Positions 11,601-25,776 of a stretch of DNA of 64,000 nucleotides are shown here, piece after piece (position 1 is the first letter of the stretch; each line of letters starts with the position of its first letter). A program made the position numbers and the translations under genes. The stretch lies in the NCBI GenBank assembly GCA_964016885.1, contig OZ024740.1, positions 358,112,001 through 358,176,000 on the forward strand, given 5' to 3'. The DNA is from Eledone cirrhosa (lineage: Eukaryota). Below the pieces are notes generated by a model, which saw only the letters and a program-made list of their open reading frames with translations, was not told where the DNA came from and did not search any database.

Positions 11601-13994
11601 GTAAAGAGTGAAGAATAACATGGTCAACAGTACAAAAAGGGTTTTATTTACAGTATTAACAATTGTTTCATTGATTAGGGTGTCTAAAAATTGCTAATCA
11701 CTTCAAGTTGTGTCACTCAATTTTAAATACATGTATGCCTAATCAACTCATCGGAATAACTGATTAAAATTATACATGGCGTTTGTAATATACTAGGAAA
11801 ATTCAAATCACAATATCAGTAATAAAGAAAGAAAAAGAAAAAAGAAAAAAGAGAAAAAGAGAGAGAAAAATAAAAAAAGGAAAAATAAAAAATAAACAAT
11901 AAAAATAAAAAATAAATAATAAATAAGTAATAATAAATAAGTTATAATGAAGAGGATAAAAAATAAGTAAAAAAAAAATATATGTGTGAAAAAAGTTGAA
12001 CATAATATGATTGTTGAAAATGGTTGTGGTGGTGGTGGTTAAAGTTATATTGGTGTGTAAGTATAAAGATGTGATGGTATAAATATGGAAATATTAAATA
12101 TATACACATATGTATTGGTTAAATTACAGAGGGTTATATTATGATTAAATAATACAGTGATAAATAAAGGATAAATTAATAAATTGGAAGTTATGTGTGA
12201 GGTGAAGAGAACATGATAGGATATAAAGGAAGAGGTGAAATATTTTTAGGGAAAGAGAGTGAAAAAAGAAATGTTATGAGATTATGATGTTGATTCAGTG
12301 ATTAGTTGATCTATTGACAGTTAATAACGGGTTATTATAATAGACTCTAAGTGGTTCAGTTTCAATTATGGGATTGTTGGATCGAATCATGTTGGTTTGA
12401 AATTTGCGAATTTAGTAGCTGCTTTATGCCTACAGAAAATTGACCGTTCTATTTTGCTGTTAAGCAGCATTTTGTCATACTTTAAAATATGGAGCAGCTT
12501 CATATTGCAAAGTCCGCAGTGGGACATTCTATTTCTGTAGGCCTTTGCCCCCGACAATTTCGACCAGCTAATCCCGTATTCTTGGTTTGTTTCCTTAAGC
12601 TGCCAGATTTTATTGGCGAGTGTTGTTGTGTTCATTGGTCTACGGTTCATCCTAGAATGTCTGTGGACGTACCATCTTTGATTGAACTCCCCAGTCGTAG
12701 AACCTATGAAGTGCCATGCTAAGTTGCCCGAATTTATAGTACACAGGTACACTATATTTGACTCCAGGCATCTATTTTGTAGTGGGCACTTATCCGGTAA
12801 GTGACAGTTACATTTTGAGGCCTTCTTGTGTGCCGGTTCTTCGATGCGGTTTTGTATGTTGTTATGTATGGGCTGAGATTTGGGTGTGTTAATGTTTTGT
12901 TGTGATGTGTTCTGGCGTGTGTGTGGTTGTGATGTTGTTATGTGTTTGTGTTTTGTATTTGGTGTTATGGTGTTTGTTTGTAGGTTATTTTCATTAGAGA
13001 TTCTTCTATAGTTAATTTTATGTATATGTGATTCTATGTTGGCTGCAGGAGAGTAAGACAAGTTTGAGAGTTTTTCTATTAAAGATTTTATGGTATTTGT
13101 GAAGTTTAGGGAAGTGCTTGTCAATTAGTTTAAAGAATGTAGGAGGTAGTTTTGTTTTTATAGAGGAGTTAAATATTGGATTGAACCATAAGTATTTCCT
13201 ATCTCTGGATTTTCTATAGTTCCTAGGGGTCCTTATATTAGTATTCGGTTCAGTTATTTCTGGTGCTCGTTGTCTATTTCTATGTTTAGTCCTATATTTG
13301 CTATTTCTATAGGTGTGAGTGGTGTTATTGTTATTAGGTGTGATGTTGTTGTCTGTATCTGGTATGTATTTGAGCCTCTCCTTGTGGCCTGCTTTAAGTA
13401 AAGCTATGTTGTAGTAGTTCGCGTGTTCATTAAAAATCTCTGGGTTAGAAGATAAGCGTGAAATTCTAAGGAATACACTATATGCTATGGAGTTAATTAT
13501 GGAGCGAGGGTGGTTTGAGTTATAACTAATGTATGCTAGATTGTCGTTATTTTTATGGAAGGGCTTTATTAGTCCTGTGTTTAGGTTGAGTGATACATCT
13601 AAGAAGTTAGCTTTTTTAGAATTAAGTTCGAAAGTGATGCCTAAGCCTAGTTTATTGAAGAAGATTCTAATGTTTTTACGTAATCCTTCCAAGTTTTGAT
13701 TATTTAAGTTTTTAGCTGAAAGGAGTGAATCGCTCTATAAATTCCTCCTTGGAGGTCATTAAATTCCTTATGTTAGATATGTGCTATATATATTCCAACT
13801 ATGTCTGTTACTTGCGCTGAGTCGCTAGATCCCTTAATGATATCAAAGTTATTCTGTCTGATTTTTCTTTCCCAGTAACTATTATCGAACCTAATGATAG
13901 TTCTCCTAGCAGCTAGTATTATTTTAATTTCATCAGAGGATAGGTCCGAGTTTTTCTGTGCAAACAGTTGTTCTGTGAAACAATTGTAACACAC
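11601..13994 (-). mobile_element. Penelope-like element, Hydra-clade-like, RT plus GIY-YIG, frameshifted
   Basis: ORFs 13773-13994 (FDIIKGSSDSAQVTDIVGIY, RT motif B region), 13018-13692 (NFLDVSLNL...SNHP...WFNP) and 12387-13124 (CNCHLPDKCPLQNRC...IVY...FIGST...CGLC...CRH). Confidence 0.88.
11651..11762 (-). ncRNA. Hammerhead ribozyme with long stem II insertion
   Basis: CAGTTATT CCGATGA GTTGATTAGG-[about 58 nt]-CCTAATCAAT GAAA CAATTG TT AATACTG, followed by AATAAA. Confidence 0.8.
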
Positions 13995-14116
13995 AATAAA
14001 TTGAGTTCCGATGCATCACTGATTTTTCATTTTCCATTGTATCATACTCTGTTCCGTAGGAGCATAGAGTGCTCAATCGGCATACCACCTATGGAGGCAT
14101 CTTAGCTACCATTAGA

Positions 14117-14925
<809 letters not shown>

Positions 14926-17046
14926 AGAGAGTATTGAAGTTTGCTTGAAGCATTGTGGAATAAGATTTATTATCTTTTGGTAGTTTTGGAAGCCTCAACA
15001 ATGCAGATGGTTAATTCTCCGGGTAACAGGATCCGGTGGTGAAGAGAGAGATGTAAGGGAATGTAGAATGAGATGTATAGTGTGTAGAGGAACGTGGGAA
15101 AGAGCGTAAAAAATAAAAACGTTAACACGAGATAGAGTTACCTTGGGAGAGATTTAATTGTCCCTATATTTCGGATTTGCATCCATCAACTGGGGAGTTT
15201 TCCGGGGGGAGGGAGGTTATCTGTCGGGGAGGAATGGAACGTGTCCTCTGCTGTACGCTGTTCGTGACTAATTAAGGTATTCTGCAGAGCGCGTGTGCGC
15301 GCGGAATCGGTGCGGTCAAGCAGAGGTCGAAGTAGTTCTTTTAATTGTGGGAGCGGGATGGCGTTAGCTGTCAGTCCATTGTAATATTTATCTGTGTTGG
15401 TTTTTGGTACTGGCAGTGTAGTATAGTCGTCTGGTAGTAGTATTCTGCCTGGTCTCTTTTTTTTTTTTTAGGTCGGTGGATGGTGGCGGTGCTACACACA
15501 CAAAAACAACCGTTCGAATGTCACTGTGTGTGTGTGTGCGTGTGTTGGTGCCTCGTTAGTTTACACCAGCCACCTCATCTCGCTTCTCTCGGATCTGTTA
15601 TTTATTTGTGGCCCTAGGCGTTTGATCCAAAGTGCTTCCTTGATTCGTAGCGTGCCGACGTTGCGTTCTGTCGCTAGCACTGTGACAATGGGTCTTCCGT
15701 CTTTGTTTCCGCATTTGGTGATGTGTTTCCGGAAAGGCGAGGTCCTGGTGTTGATGTGCTCCTTGATCCGGATATATAGCGACCGGATTGTGCTACCGAT
15801 ATAGTAGATGTTGCACTTGTCACATTCCATCGTGTATACCACGTATGTGCGTAAGCAACAGTTCGTATGGCGCATCGGACAGTTTACGAGGGAACACGCG
15901 TTAGTCGATTTCCCGGGTTTCCAGGAGAGGCATCTCCGCAGGGAGGGGCCCGAGTGGGCCAGGTGGAAGCAAGTGCTTCCTTAAAATACCACACCTGGGC
16001 GAGAATACGACCAACGCTATCTGCAGGGCTATACGGAGGGAGGGCCTCAACATACACCTGGCCCACTCGGGCCCCTCCCTGCGGAGATGCCTCTCCAGGA
16101 AACCCGGGAAATCGATTGACGCGTATTCCCTCGTAAACTGTCCGATGCGCCATACGAACTGTTGCTTACGCACATACGTGGTATACATGGTGGAATGTGA
16201 CAAGTGCAACGTCTACTATATCGGTAGCACAATCCGGCCGCTATATATCCGGATCAAGGAGCACATCAACACCAGGGCCTCGCCTTTCCGGAAACACATC
16301 ACCAAATGCGGAAACAAAGACGGAAGACCCATTGTCACAGTGCTAGCAACAGAACGCAACGTCGGCACGCTACGAATCAAGGAAGCACTTTGGATCAAAC
16401 GCCTAGCGCCACAAATGAATAACAGATCCGAAAGAAGCGAGATGAGGTGACTGGTGTAAACTAACGAGGCACCAACACACGCACACACACACACAGTGAC
16501 ATTTGAACGGTTGTTTTTGTGTGTGTAGCACCGCCACCATCCACCGACCTAAAAAAAAGGGACCAGGCAGAATACTACTACCAGACGACTATACTACACT
16601 GCCAATACCAAAAACCAACACAAATAAATAGTACAATGGACTGACAGCTAACGGCATCCCACTCCCACAATTAAAAGCACTACTTCGACCTCTGCTTGAC
16701 CGCACCAATTCCGCGCGCACACGCGCTCTGCAGAATACGTTAATTAGTCACGAACAGCGTACAGCAGCGGACACGTTCCATTCCTCTCCGACAGATAACC
16801 TCCCCCCACCGGAAATCCCCCAGTTGATGGATGTGAATCCGAAATATAGGGACAATTAAATCTCTCCCAAGGTAACTCTATCTCGTGTAATTATTTTTAT
16901 TTTTTACGCTCTTTCCTACATTCCTCTACACACTATACATCCCATTCTACATTCCCTTACATCTCTCTCTTCACCACCGGATCCTGTTACCCGGAGAATT
17001 ACCCATCTGCATTGTTGAGGCTTCCAAAGCTACCAAAAGATAATAA

Positions 17047-17049
<3 letters not shown>
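14926..17049. mobile_element. Palindromic PLE insertion (Nematis-like GIY-YIG end)
   Basis: Arms of about 1 kb (14964-15964 and 16056-17049). VVYMVECDKCNVYYIGSTIRPLYIRIKEH...H...EALWI...N on both strands. Left-only 38 nt tail. (TA)n flanks. Confidence 0.92.
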
Positions 17050-17145
<96 letters not shown>

Positions 17146-17233
17146 TGACGCTATAGTCACTTATATATTATGAAGTGCTGTTGGCTTTTCGCTGCAGTGT
17201 TTTCTATACCTTTCATTTATATATTATATATAT

Positions 17234-17299
<66 letters not shown>

Positions 17300-17313
17300 T
17301 GTATATATATATG

Positions 17314-17396
<83 letters not shown>

Positions 17397-17397
<1 letters not shown>

Positions 17398-17603
17398 CGG
17401 AGGAAATGTGGTAAGGAACCAGGTGGACCATAATGCACCAAAGTACTCAATACTTAGGGTAGTAGAGTGGGTAATAGGAACGAGTAAGACCCCGACGGCT
17501 GAGCTCAGGCCGTTTCGGCGGCTAATTCTGGACTAACTGATTTTAATCCAGAATTAGCCGTCGAAACGGCCTGAGCTCAGCCGTCGAGGTCCTACTCGTT
17601 CCT
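17397..17603. mobile_element. Hairpin mini-insertion of the 'MVHLV' PLE family
   Basis: Tail 17397-17475 plus hairpin 17476-17603 made of the HHR 3' half (GAAA CGGC CTGAGCTCA GCCG TC). Homologous to 51926-53105. Confidence 0.85.
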
Positions 17604-17635
17604 ATATATATATACATATATATGATATATATATA

Positions 17636-17745
17636 ACATAAATCATGTCCTTAGAATTATTAGATAAATATATACAATTTCCTCTCCCAATTAGCATAAT
17701 TAACCATACAAAAAATCAATTAGACCAGGCTATAAGAATAAAGAA
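17636..17745 (+). repeat. Short TA-embedded segment, copy 1 of 3
   Basis: AAATATATACAATTTCC...GGCTATAAGAATAAAGAA recurs at 18527-18605 (+) and 22916-22996 (-). Confidence 0.85.
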
Positions 17746-17767
17746 TATATATATATATATGTGTATA

Positions 17768-17811
<44 letters not shown>

Positions 17812-17907
17812 TATATAATAAATATATATATAATAATAAATAATATATATAATATATATATATAATATATATATATATAATAATAATATATAATATAATA
17901 TATATAT

Positions 17908-17964
<57 letters not shown>

Positions 17965-18143
17965 TATATATATATAAATATATATATATAATTATATATA
18001 ATATATATATAATATATATATTATAATATATATAATATTATATATAATATATAATATATAATATATATATATATTATATATAATATAATATATATATATT
18101 ATATATATATATATATAATATATATATATAATATTATATATAT

Positions 18144-18184
<41 letters not shown>

Positions 18185-18231
18185 TATATATAATTATATA
18201 TATTAATATATATATATATATTATATATATA

Positions 18232-18269
<38 letters not shown>

Positions 18270-18466
18270 ATATATATATAATATATATTATTATATATAT
18301 TATATAATTATATATATATATAATATATATATAATATAATATATATATATATATATATATAATATATATATTAATATATATATATATAATATATATATAT
18401 TATATAATATATATATATATATATATTAATTATATATATAATATATATATATATATAATATATTAT

Positions 18467-18519
<53 letters not shown>

Positions 18520-18530
18520 ATAATAAAATA
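17745..18530. repeat. Long imperfect (TA)n array
   Basis: About 780 bp of almost pure A/T. Confidence 0.95.
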
Positions 18531-18602
18531 TATACAATTTCCGCTCCCAATTAGCATAATTAACCATACAAAAAATCAATTAGACCAGGCTATAAGAATA
18601 AA

Positions 18603-18660
<58 letters not shown>

Positions 18661-18668
<8 letters not shown>

Positions 18669-19364
18669 CGTAAAATAAGAAAATATTTTTTAAAAAATTT
18701 AAAAAAATTTTTTTACTTAAATTTTCACTCCAACTAATTAGTTTCTGCAATGGGATAAAGACAGTTACGTAATCCAACTGTCGAGAATTCATTGCGTCAT
18801 CAGGGAGTCTATTCTCAGCTGAGTCTCCAGGCAATGCGCGGACACTGGCGGCTCATATAAAAATAATAATAATTCGGTAGATAGAACAGCTGGCGAGGAC
18901 TGGATTCTATGTACTGAAATTCTCACTGCTTCTAGTCAAATGGCCGATTCTAAAGAATCAATCACGTGACACAGAGGCTAGTTAGAAGGAATGGGATGGT
19001 AAGATGACTGACGCCTACTAACACCCCAAAAAATTTAGAAGTGGTTTTGGCAGGTTTGCTCGACAAATCAGTGATTTGGAGATAAATATAGATAATTTAA
19101 TATATCAACTGACATAAGCGCACAGATGCACGTCCATGCCAGCAAATACACAGGTTATGTCATAGTACCTAGGTGGTTCAATGCAGGAGGATGCAGAACA
19201 ATAATATAAAAGACGTAAAATAAGAAAATATTTTTTAAATACGTCTTTTATATTATTGTTCTGCATCCTCCTGCATTGAACCACCTAGGTACTATGACAT
19301 AACCTGTGTATTTGCTGGCATGGACGTGCATCTGTGCGCTTATGTCAGTTGATATATTAAATTA

Positions 19365-19370
<6 letters not shown>
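18661..19370. mobile_element. Non-coding HHR element (retrozyme-like), 545 nt unit plus inverted arm
   Basis: Direct repeat AAAAGACGTAAAATAAGAAAATATTTTTTAAA at 18663 and 19208. Inverted arms 19087-19217 and 19240-19370. One HHR; no PLE ORF. Confidence 0.75.
18727..18808 (-). ncRNA. Type I hammerhead ribozyme with structured stem II insertion
   Basis: ACTCC CTGATGA CGCAATG-[..GACAGTT..AACTGTC..]-CATTGCA GAAA CTAATTAG TT GGAGT. Confidence 0.9.
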
Positions 19371-19426
<56 letters not shown>

Positions 19427-19428
19427 AT

Positions 19429-19666
<238 letters not shown>

Positions 19667-19812
19667 TTTTGAGTTTATGTTGGTTGCATACCAACACCTC
19701 AGTATGCAGGCTGGAGCACTCGACGAAGTGCGCAGGTTGGTTTGGTTACTCCGGAGTAGTGTAAAATAAAGTTAAATAAAAGTCAAATGATTAAAATTTA
19801 GCTTCGTTTATT

Positions 19813-19867
19813 ACTGCTATATATATTTCAGTGACAGCCATCTTTGGCTGTGACCTCTTCAGGCAGT
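19813..19867 (-). ncRNA. Type I hammerhead ribozyme (left arm)
   Basis: ACTGC CTGAAGA GGTCACAGCC AAAGAT GGCTGTCACT GAAA TATATA TA GCAGT AATAAA. Confidence 0.9.
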
Positions 19868-22728
19868 TTGAATTAGTATGGTATAGACAAGTACATATGT
19901 TGTTTAGGTGTATGATATTGTCAATACTCTGATATGCCCAGTTCCTTGCTGGGTTGTTAATTCACTGGGGAACTGGAGTCATATGAATTCAAACAAACGA
20001 ATTTTCGTGTCACAGGTCCCCTTCTCCTCTCATTGGTCAGTTATTAGTGTTGTCATTGTTGGAGTTAGCTTAAAAATTGATAAAATGGTAGAAGGGACAA
20101 GGTGTTGAAGGAACAAAATATCAAAAAATGTGTCAAACTTCCCATTGTTCAGTTCTGAGAGCATTCCTCAGTCAGAAGTCTATAGAATTCTTTCTGGGGT
20201 GAGGCTCCCTGTAGTGTTTATGCCTGCTATTGTTCAGTACATTTGATCTCCACCATTATTTTGGTACTGTTGTTGTTGTAGTGGTTAGCTTATACCTTGC
20301 TGCTGCTAACAATTTAGAAGTATTCAGTTTGTGTTTTCTCTTCATCCCACCCGCCACCATCGTAGTGGTGGTGGCGGGGGGGGGGGGGTTCTTTCATGTA
20401 TATGAAGAAATATAAGGCAATAAATGAAGAAAACAGAAGATAAATAAATAATATAATAAAATAAAATAATTAATATAATTTGTGTAATTTGAAAATAAAT
20501 AAATAAATAAATAGAGAATAAAGAATAAAGAGTAAATGAGAGATTGGTGAAAAAGTAATGATAATGTATATGGAGAAGTGAGAAATAATGTAGGATAAAG
20601 TGTGTGTGTGTGTGTGCTATAACCAATCTCAAGGTCAGAATATGTTGGATAGATTGGTATGATACAAGATGTTAAGATGAGATATTCAATGTGTTTGTGT
20701 TATAATCTATCTCAACTTAAAATAAATATAAGGTTATACAGTAAAGAGGGCAGAAAACAAATAACAAATTAATAAAGAGAAATCAAGATTTAAGATTGGA
20801 ACTTTAAGGTCAGAAATCTGGTAAATTAAAAGTGTTTGTGTTATAGATGTTGGCCAGATTATTATGGCTGTGTCCGATTCTATCTCTAGGCTATCATGGT
20901 GTCTGCTCCGCCTGGGTTGTTCCCTATGGCTTGAGGGGAGTTCACAACCTAGGGTGTTGTAATTGTCCATATAGCTTGAGGGAGGTCTGGCCGAGAGGTG
21001 TTTTCATGTTCTGTAGAAGTCCCTATAGCTTGAGGGGAGTTCACATCTTCTTGTGTTGCTACTGTAACACATAATGAGAACCCTAATCTAAGCACGCAGA
21101 GGCCGCCCACCCTCTGCAACTGTAGAAACCCCGAATCATGCCCCCTTGGTAATGAATGTCTCAAGAAGAACATAGTGTACGGTTGTAGGGTTAAAACCCC
21201 CAACTCCGAACACCTCTACATAGGAGCCACATCAACGAGCTTTAAGGACCGCTGGTACAACCATCGCCATTCATTCAAGAAGGAGGCCAAAAGGAAAAGC
21301 ACAGCTCTCTCCGACCTGATCTGGAAGCTTAAGCTGGACAGGACCCCATACTCTCTGGCCTGGTACATAATCAGGAAAGTACCACCCGATAAAGGGGGAT
21401 CTTGCATATGCAAACTATGCCTGAACGAGACCCTCGAGATACTAAGAGGTGGAAGCGGCCTGATAAACCTCAGAACCGACTTCTTCGGGACATGCAGACA
21501 CCTTAGAGCCGGGACCTTTCTCAAAATATATGGACAGTAGCAACACAAGAAGATGTGAACTCCCCTCAAGCTATAGGGACTTCTACAGAACATGAAAACA
21601 CCTCTCGGCCAGACCTCCCTCAAGCTATATGGACAATTACAACACCCTAGGTTGTGAACTCCCCTCAAGCCATGGGGAACAACCCAGGCGGAGCAGACAC
21701 CATGATAGCCTAGAGATAGAATCGGACACAGCCATAATAATCTGGCCAACATCTATAACACAAACACTTTTAATTTACCAGATTTCTGACCTTAAAGTTC
21801 CAATCTTAAATCTTGATTTCTCTTTATTAATTTGTTATTTGTTTTCTGCCCTCTTCACTGTATAACCTTATATTTATTTTAAGTTGAGATAGATTATAAC
21901 ACAAACACATTGAATATCTCATCTTAACATCTTGTATCATACCAATCTATCCAACATATTCTGACCTTGAGATTGGTTATAGCACACACACACACACACT
22001 TTATCCTACATTATTTATCACTTTTCCATATACATTATCATTACTTTTTCACCAATCTCTCATTTACTCTTTATTCTTTATTCTCTATTTATTTATTTAT
22101 TTATTTTCAAATTACACAAATTATATTAATTATTTTATTTTATTATATTATTTATTTATCTTCTGTTTTCTTCATTTATTGCCTTATATTTCTTCATATA
22201 CATGAAAGACCCCCCCCCCCGCCACCACCGCTACGATGGTGGCGGGTGGGATGAAGAGAAAACACAAACTGAATACTTCTAAATTGTTAGCAGCAGCAAG
22301 GTATAAGCTGACCACTACAACAACAACAGTACCAAAATAATGGTGGAGGTCAAATGTACTGAACAATAGCAGGCATAAACACTACAGGGAGCCTCACCCC
22401 AGAAAGAATTCTATAGACTTCTGACTGAGGAATGCTCTCAGAACTGAACAATGGGAAGTTTGACACATTTTTTGATATTTTGTTCCTTCAACACCTTGTC
22501 CCTTCTACCATTTTATCAATTTTTAAGCTAACTCCAACAATGACAACACTAATAACTGACCAATGAGAGGAGAAGGGGACCTGTGACACGAAAATTCGTT
22601 TGTTTGAATTCATATGACTCCAGTTCCCCAGTGAATTAACAACCCAGCAAGGAACTGGGCATATCAGAGTATTGACAATATCATACACCTAAACAACATA
22701 TGTACTTGTCTATACCATACTAATTCAA

Positions 22729-22783
22729 ACTGCCCGAAGAGGTCACAGCCAAAGATGGCTGTCACTGAAATATATATAGCAGT
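22729..22783 (+). ncRNA. Type I hammerhead ribozyme (right arm, U4C)
   Basis: Same as the left arm but with core CCGAAGA. Confidence 0.82.
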
Positions 22784-22827
22784 AATAAACGAAGCTAAAT
22801 TTTAATCATTTGACTTTTATTTAACTT

Positions 22828-22919
<92 letters not shown>

Positions 22920-22996
22920 TTTATTCTTATAGCCTGGTCTAATTGATTTTTTGTATGGTTAATTATGCTAATTGGGAGCGGAAATTGTATATATTT

Positions 22997-23062
<66 letters not shown>

Positions 23063-23064
23063 AT

Positions 23065-23142
<78 letters not shown>

Positions 23143-23148
23143 ATATAT

Positions 23149-23182
<34 letters not shown>

Positions 23183-23200
23183 ATATATATATATATATAT

Positions 23201-23234
<34 letters not shown>

Positions 23235-23240
23235 TAATAT

Positions 23241-23438
<198 letters not shown>

Positions 23439-23439
23439 A

Positions 23440-23483
<44 letters not shown>

Positions 23484-23485
<2 letters not shown>

Positions 23486-25705
23486 GCAACTCGAAATGCA
23501 ATTACCCGGGCAACCGAGACAGAAAAAGAGGAGCATCGCCTTTCCGGAAATGCATTTGTAACTGCAGTTGCACGTGCAGCGCAAACTGATGAACAACATT
23601 CTCAACGACGAAGCAAAAATGCGGCCTCCACCGCTGCAGCACGTGACGGTGAGGACGAAGAACACCGTTACAGTCGACGACGAAGAGATGCCGCCTCAAC
23701 TGCTGCGTCACGTGCTGCCGAGGACGAAGGGCAGCATTCCAGACGTCAACGTACGGACGCCGCTTCAACAGTTTCCGTTCGCGCATCAGAGACTGCGCAA
23801 ATTCAATTACAAAGGCTAAACGCCAACGCACTCCGCAGGATTGCTAAACGAGGTACACAGAGGATCAGTTGCACTCAGTGGTCTCATAAGGCTTTCCACT
23901 ATGACCCAACAGTAAACTATGCACTGATGCCAGAAGTTCAGATTGGATCCATGTCTGTCATTTTCCAATATTGTCGGCCAAAAAAATGGCCTGGGGAGAC
24001 TTCAGGGATGTGCTGCTCTGTAGGCAAAGTGAAACTGCCTCCTCTACAGGAACCACCACAACCTTCATGCCTACCTTTAAAGTTCAAGGACAAATTTACC
24101 ACAGAATCGGTTCGCTACTGCCCACGACAAACGGACAGCCCCAGTTCCTACAGCTATACTTTGTCACTGAATATTTGGACCAAGGGGAACGACGCGCTTC
24201 AATTTCGCCTGGCACAGGCATGAAAATTCTGTTGCAACTCCAGAGAATGCTGCACGAAAACAACAACTACATTCGCAGTTTTAAATGCGCTTTGGAGGCT
24301 GCTCCGTTGCCAAATTTTGTTGTTATAATCGACGCTGACAGGAAACCACCAGGCACCCACGCCGGCCATTTTAACGCTCCCACGTGCAATGAAATAGCTG
24401 TGCTTCTTCATGGAGAACAATACAACAAGCGGGACATCATACTTCAGTGTAGGGACAATACTCTGCAAAGGATCAGCGAGACGCATAGGTCCTACGACGC
24501 ATTCCAATACCCCCTTACAAAACTGTTTCCTCTATGCAATTCTACACCTACCGATTCATGGTCCGCGAATGCTGCTTTAACCAACTCCACCGTGCAAGAG
24601 TACTCTTCAACCAGCTTGCTGTAGACGCGTGCGCAAAGATGGAATATGAAAGGCTGTGCTATATAAGGAACAATCAAGCACGCCTTCGTTACTTATGGGA
24701 TGGAGTAAGGAATGACGTCGATCCCGAGAACCTAGGAAAACATTGTATCCTTCCATCGACCTTCATTGGGAGTCCCCGATACATGAGTGAACGCACACAG
24801 GATGCTATGACGTACGTGCGTCTCTACGGCAGACCGGATCTCTTCATCACTTCAACATGCAACCCTAAGTGGACTGAAATTACCGCGGAATTATTCCCCG
24901 GACAAAGGGCGTCAGACAGACACGACTTTACGGCACGAGTCTTTCACTTGAAGTTGACAAAACTTATTGAACTCCTAAAATCAGGTAAGGCCTTTGGACC
25001 TGTTAGGTACTACGTATACACCGTTGAGTGGCAAAAGAGAGGCCTGCCACACGCCCACCTACTCATTTGGCTGATAACGAAAATCAACGCAAGCAGCATT
25101 GACAGCATCATTTCAGCAGAAATACCCAAAATTGGACAGAGAACTCCACAACATCGTCACGGCTCACATGGTTCATGGGCCATGCGGAAACGGTTTCAAC
25201 ATGAATTCTCCATGCATCAAAGAAAGAAGGTGCACCAAGAGGTATCCTAGGCCATTCCTCCGAGAAACTCGGACAGGTGGCGACGGTTATCCATTATACC
25301 GCCGCAGGGAGCCAGCGGACGGAGGAATTGTTGCTAAAACACCACATCACAACGTCGACAACCGGTGGATTGTATCCTACTGCCCACTTCTGCTTAGATT
25401 GTTTAACGCCCACATTAACGTTGAATACTGCCACTCCGTCAAATCGATAAAGTACGTCTGCAAGTATATCAATAAGGGGTCCGATGCTGCGTCCTTTGGT
25501 CTTACAATGGAGAACAACCGAGACGAAGTAACTCGATAACAGGTCGGCCGATACATCAGCAGCAATGAAGCGTTCGGGCGATTCTTCCACTTTGTAATAC
25601 ACCATAACTACCCCCCCCCCCCAATCAAACAGTTGGAGGTGCACTTTGAAAACGGTCAAAGAGTCTACTTCACCGCCTCCACCGCTGCTGAGATAGCAGA
25701 GGAAC
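23484..25705 (+). mobile_element. Helitron RepHel fragment (N-terminal repeats, Zn motif, Rep)
   Basis: Ala/Arg-rich repeats, [40 protein letters not shown] (HUH) and KYVCKYINKG (Y2). Frameshifted and truncated at both ends. Confidence 0.92.
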
Positions 25706-25776
25706 TCACCTGGTATCGTTATGGTTCACCTGGTATCGTACCACACCCTCTTTGTTTATATTTATATATATATATA

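Noticed and set aside
16448-16450. In-frame TGA as a selenocysteine codon, as in some Naiad PLEs
   Set aside because: The mirror arm and the related element have TGG (Trp), so this is a point mutation.
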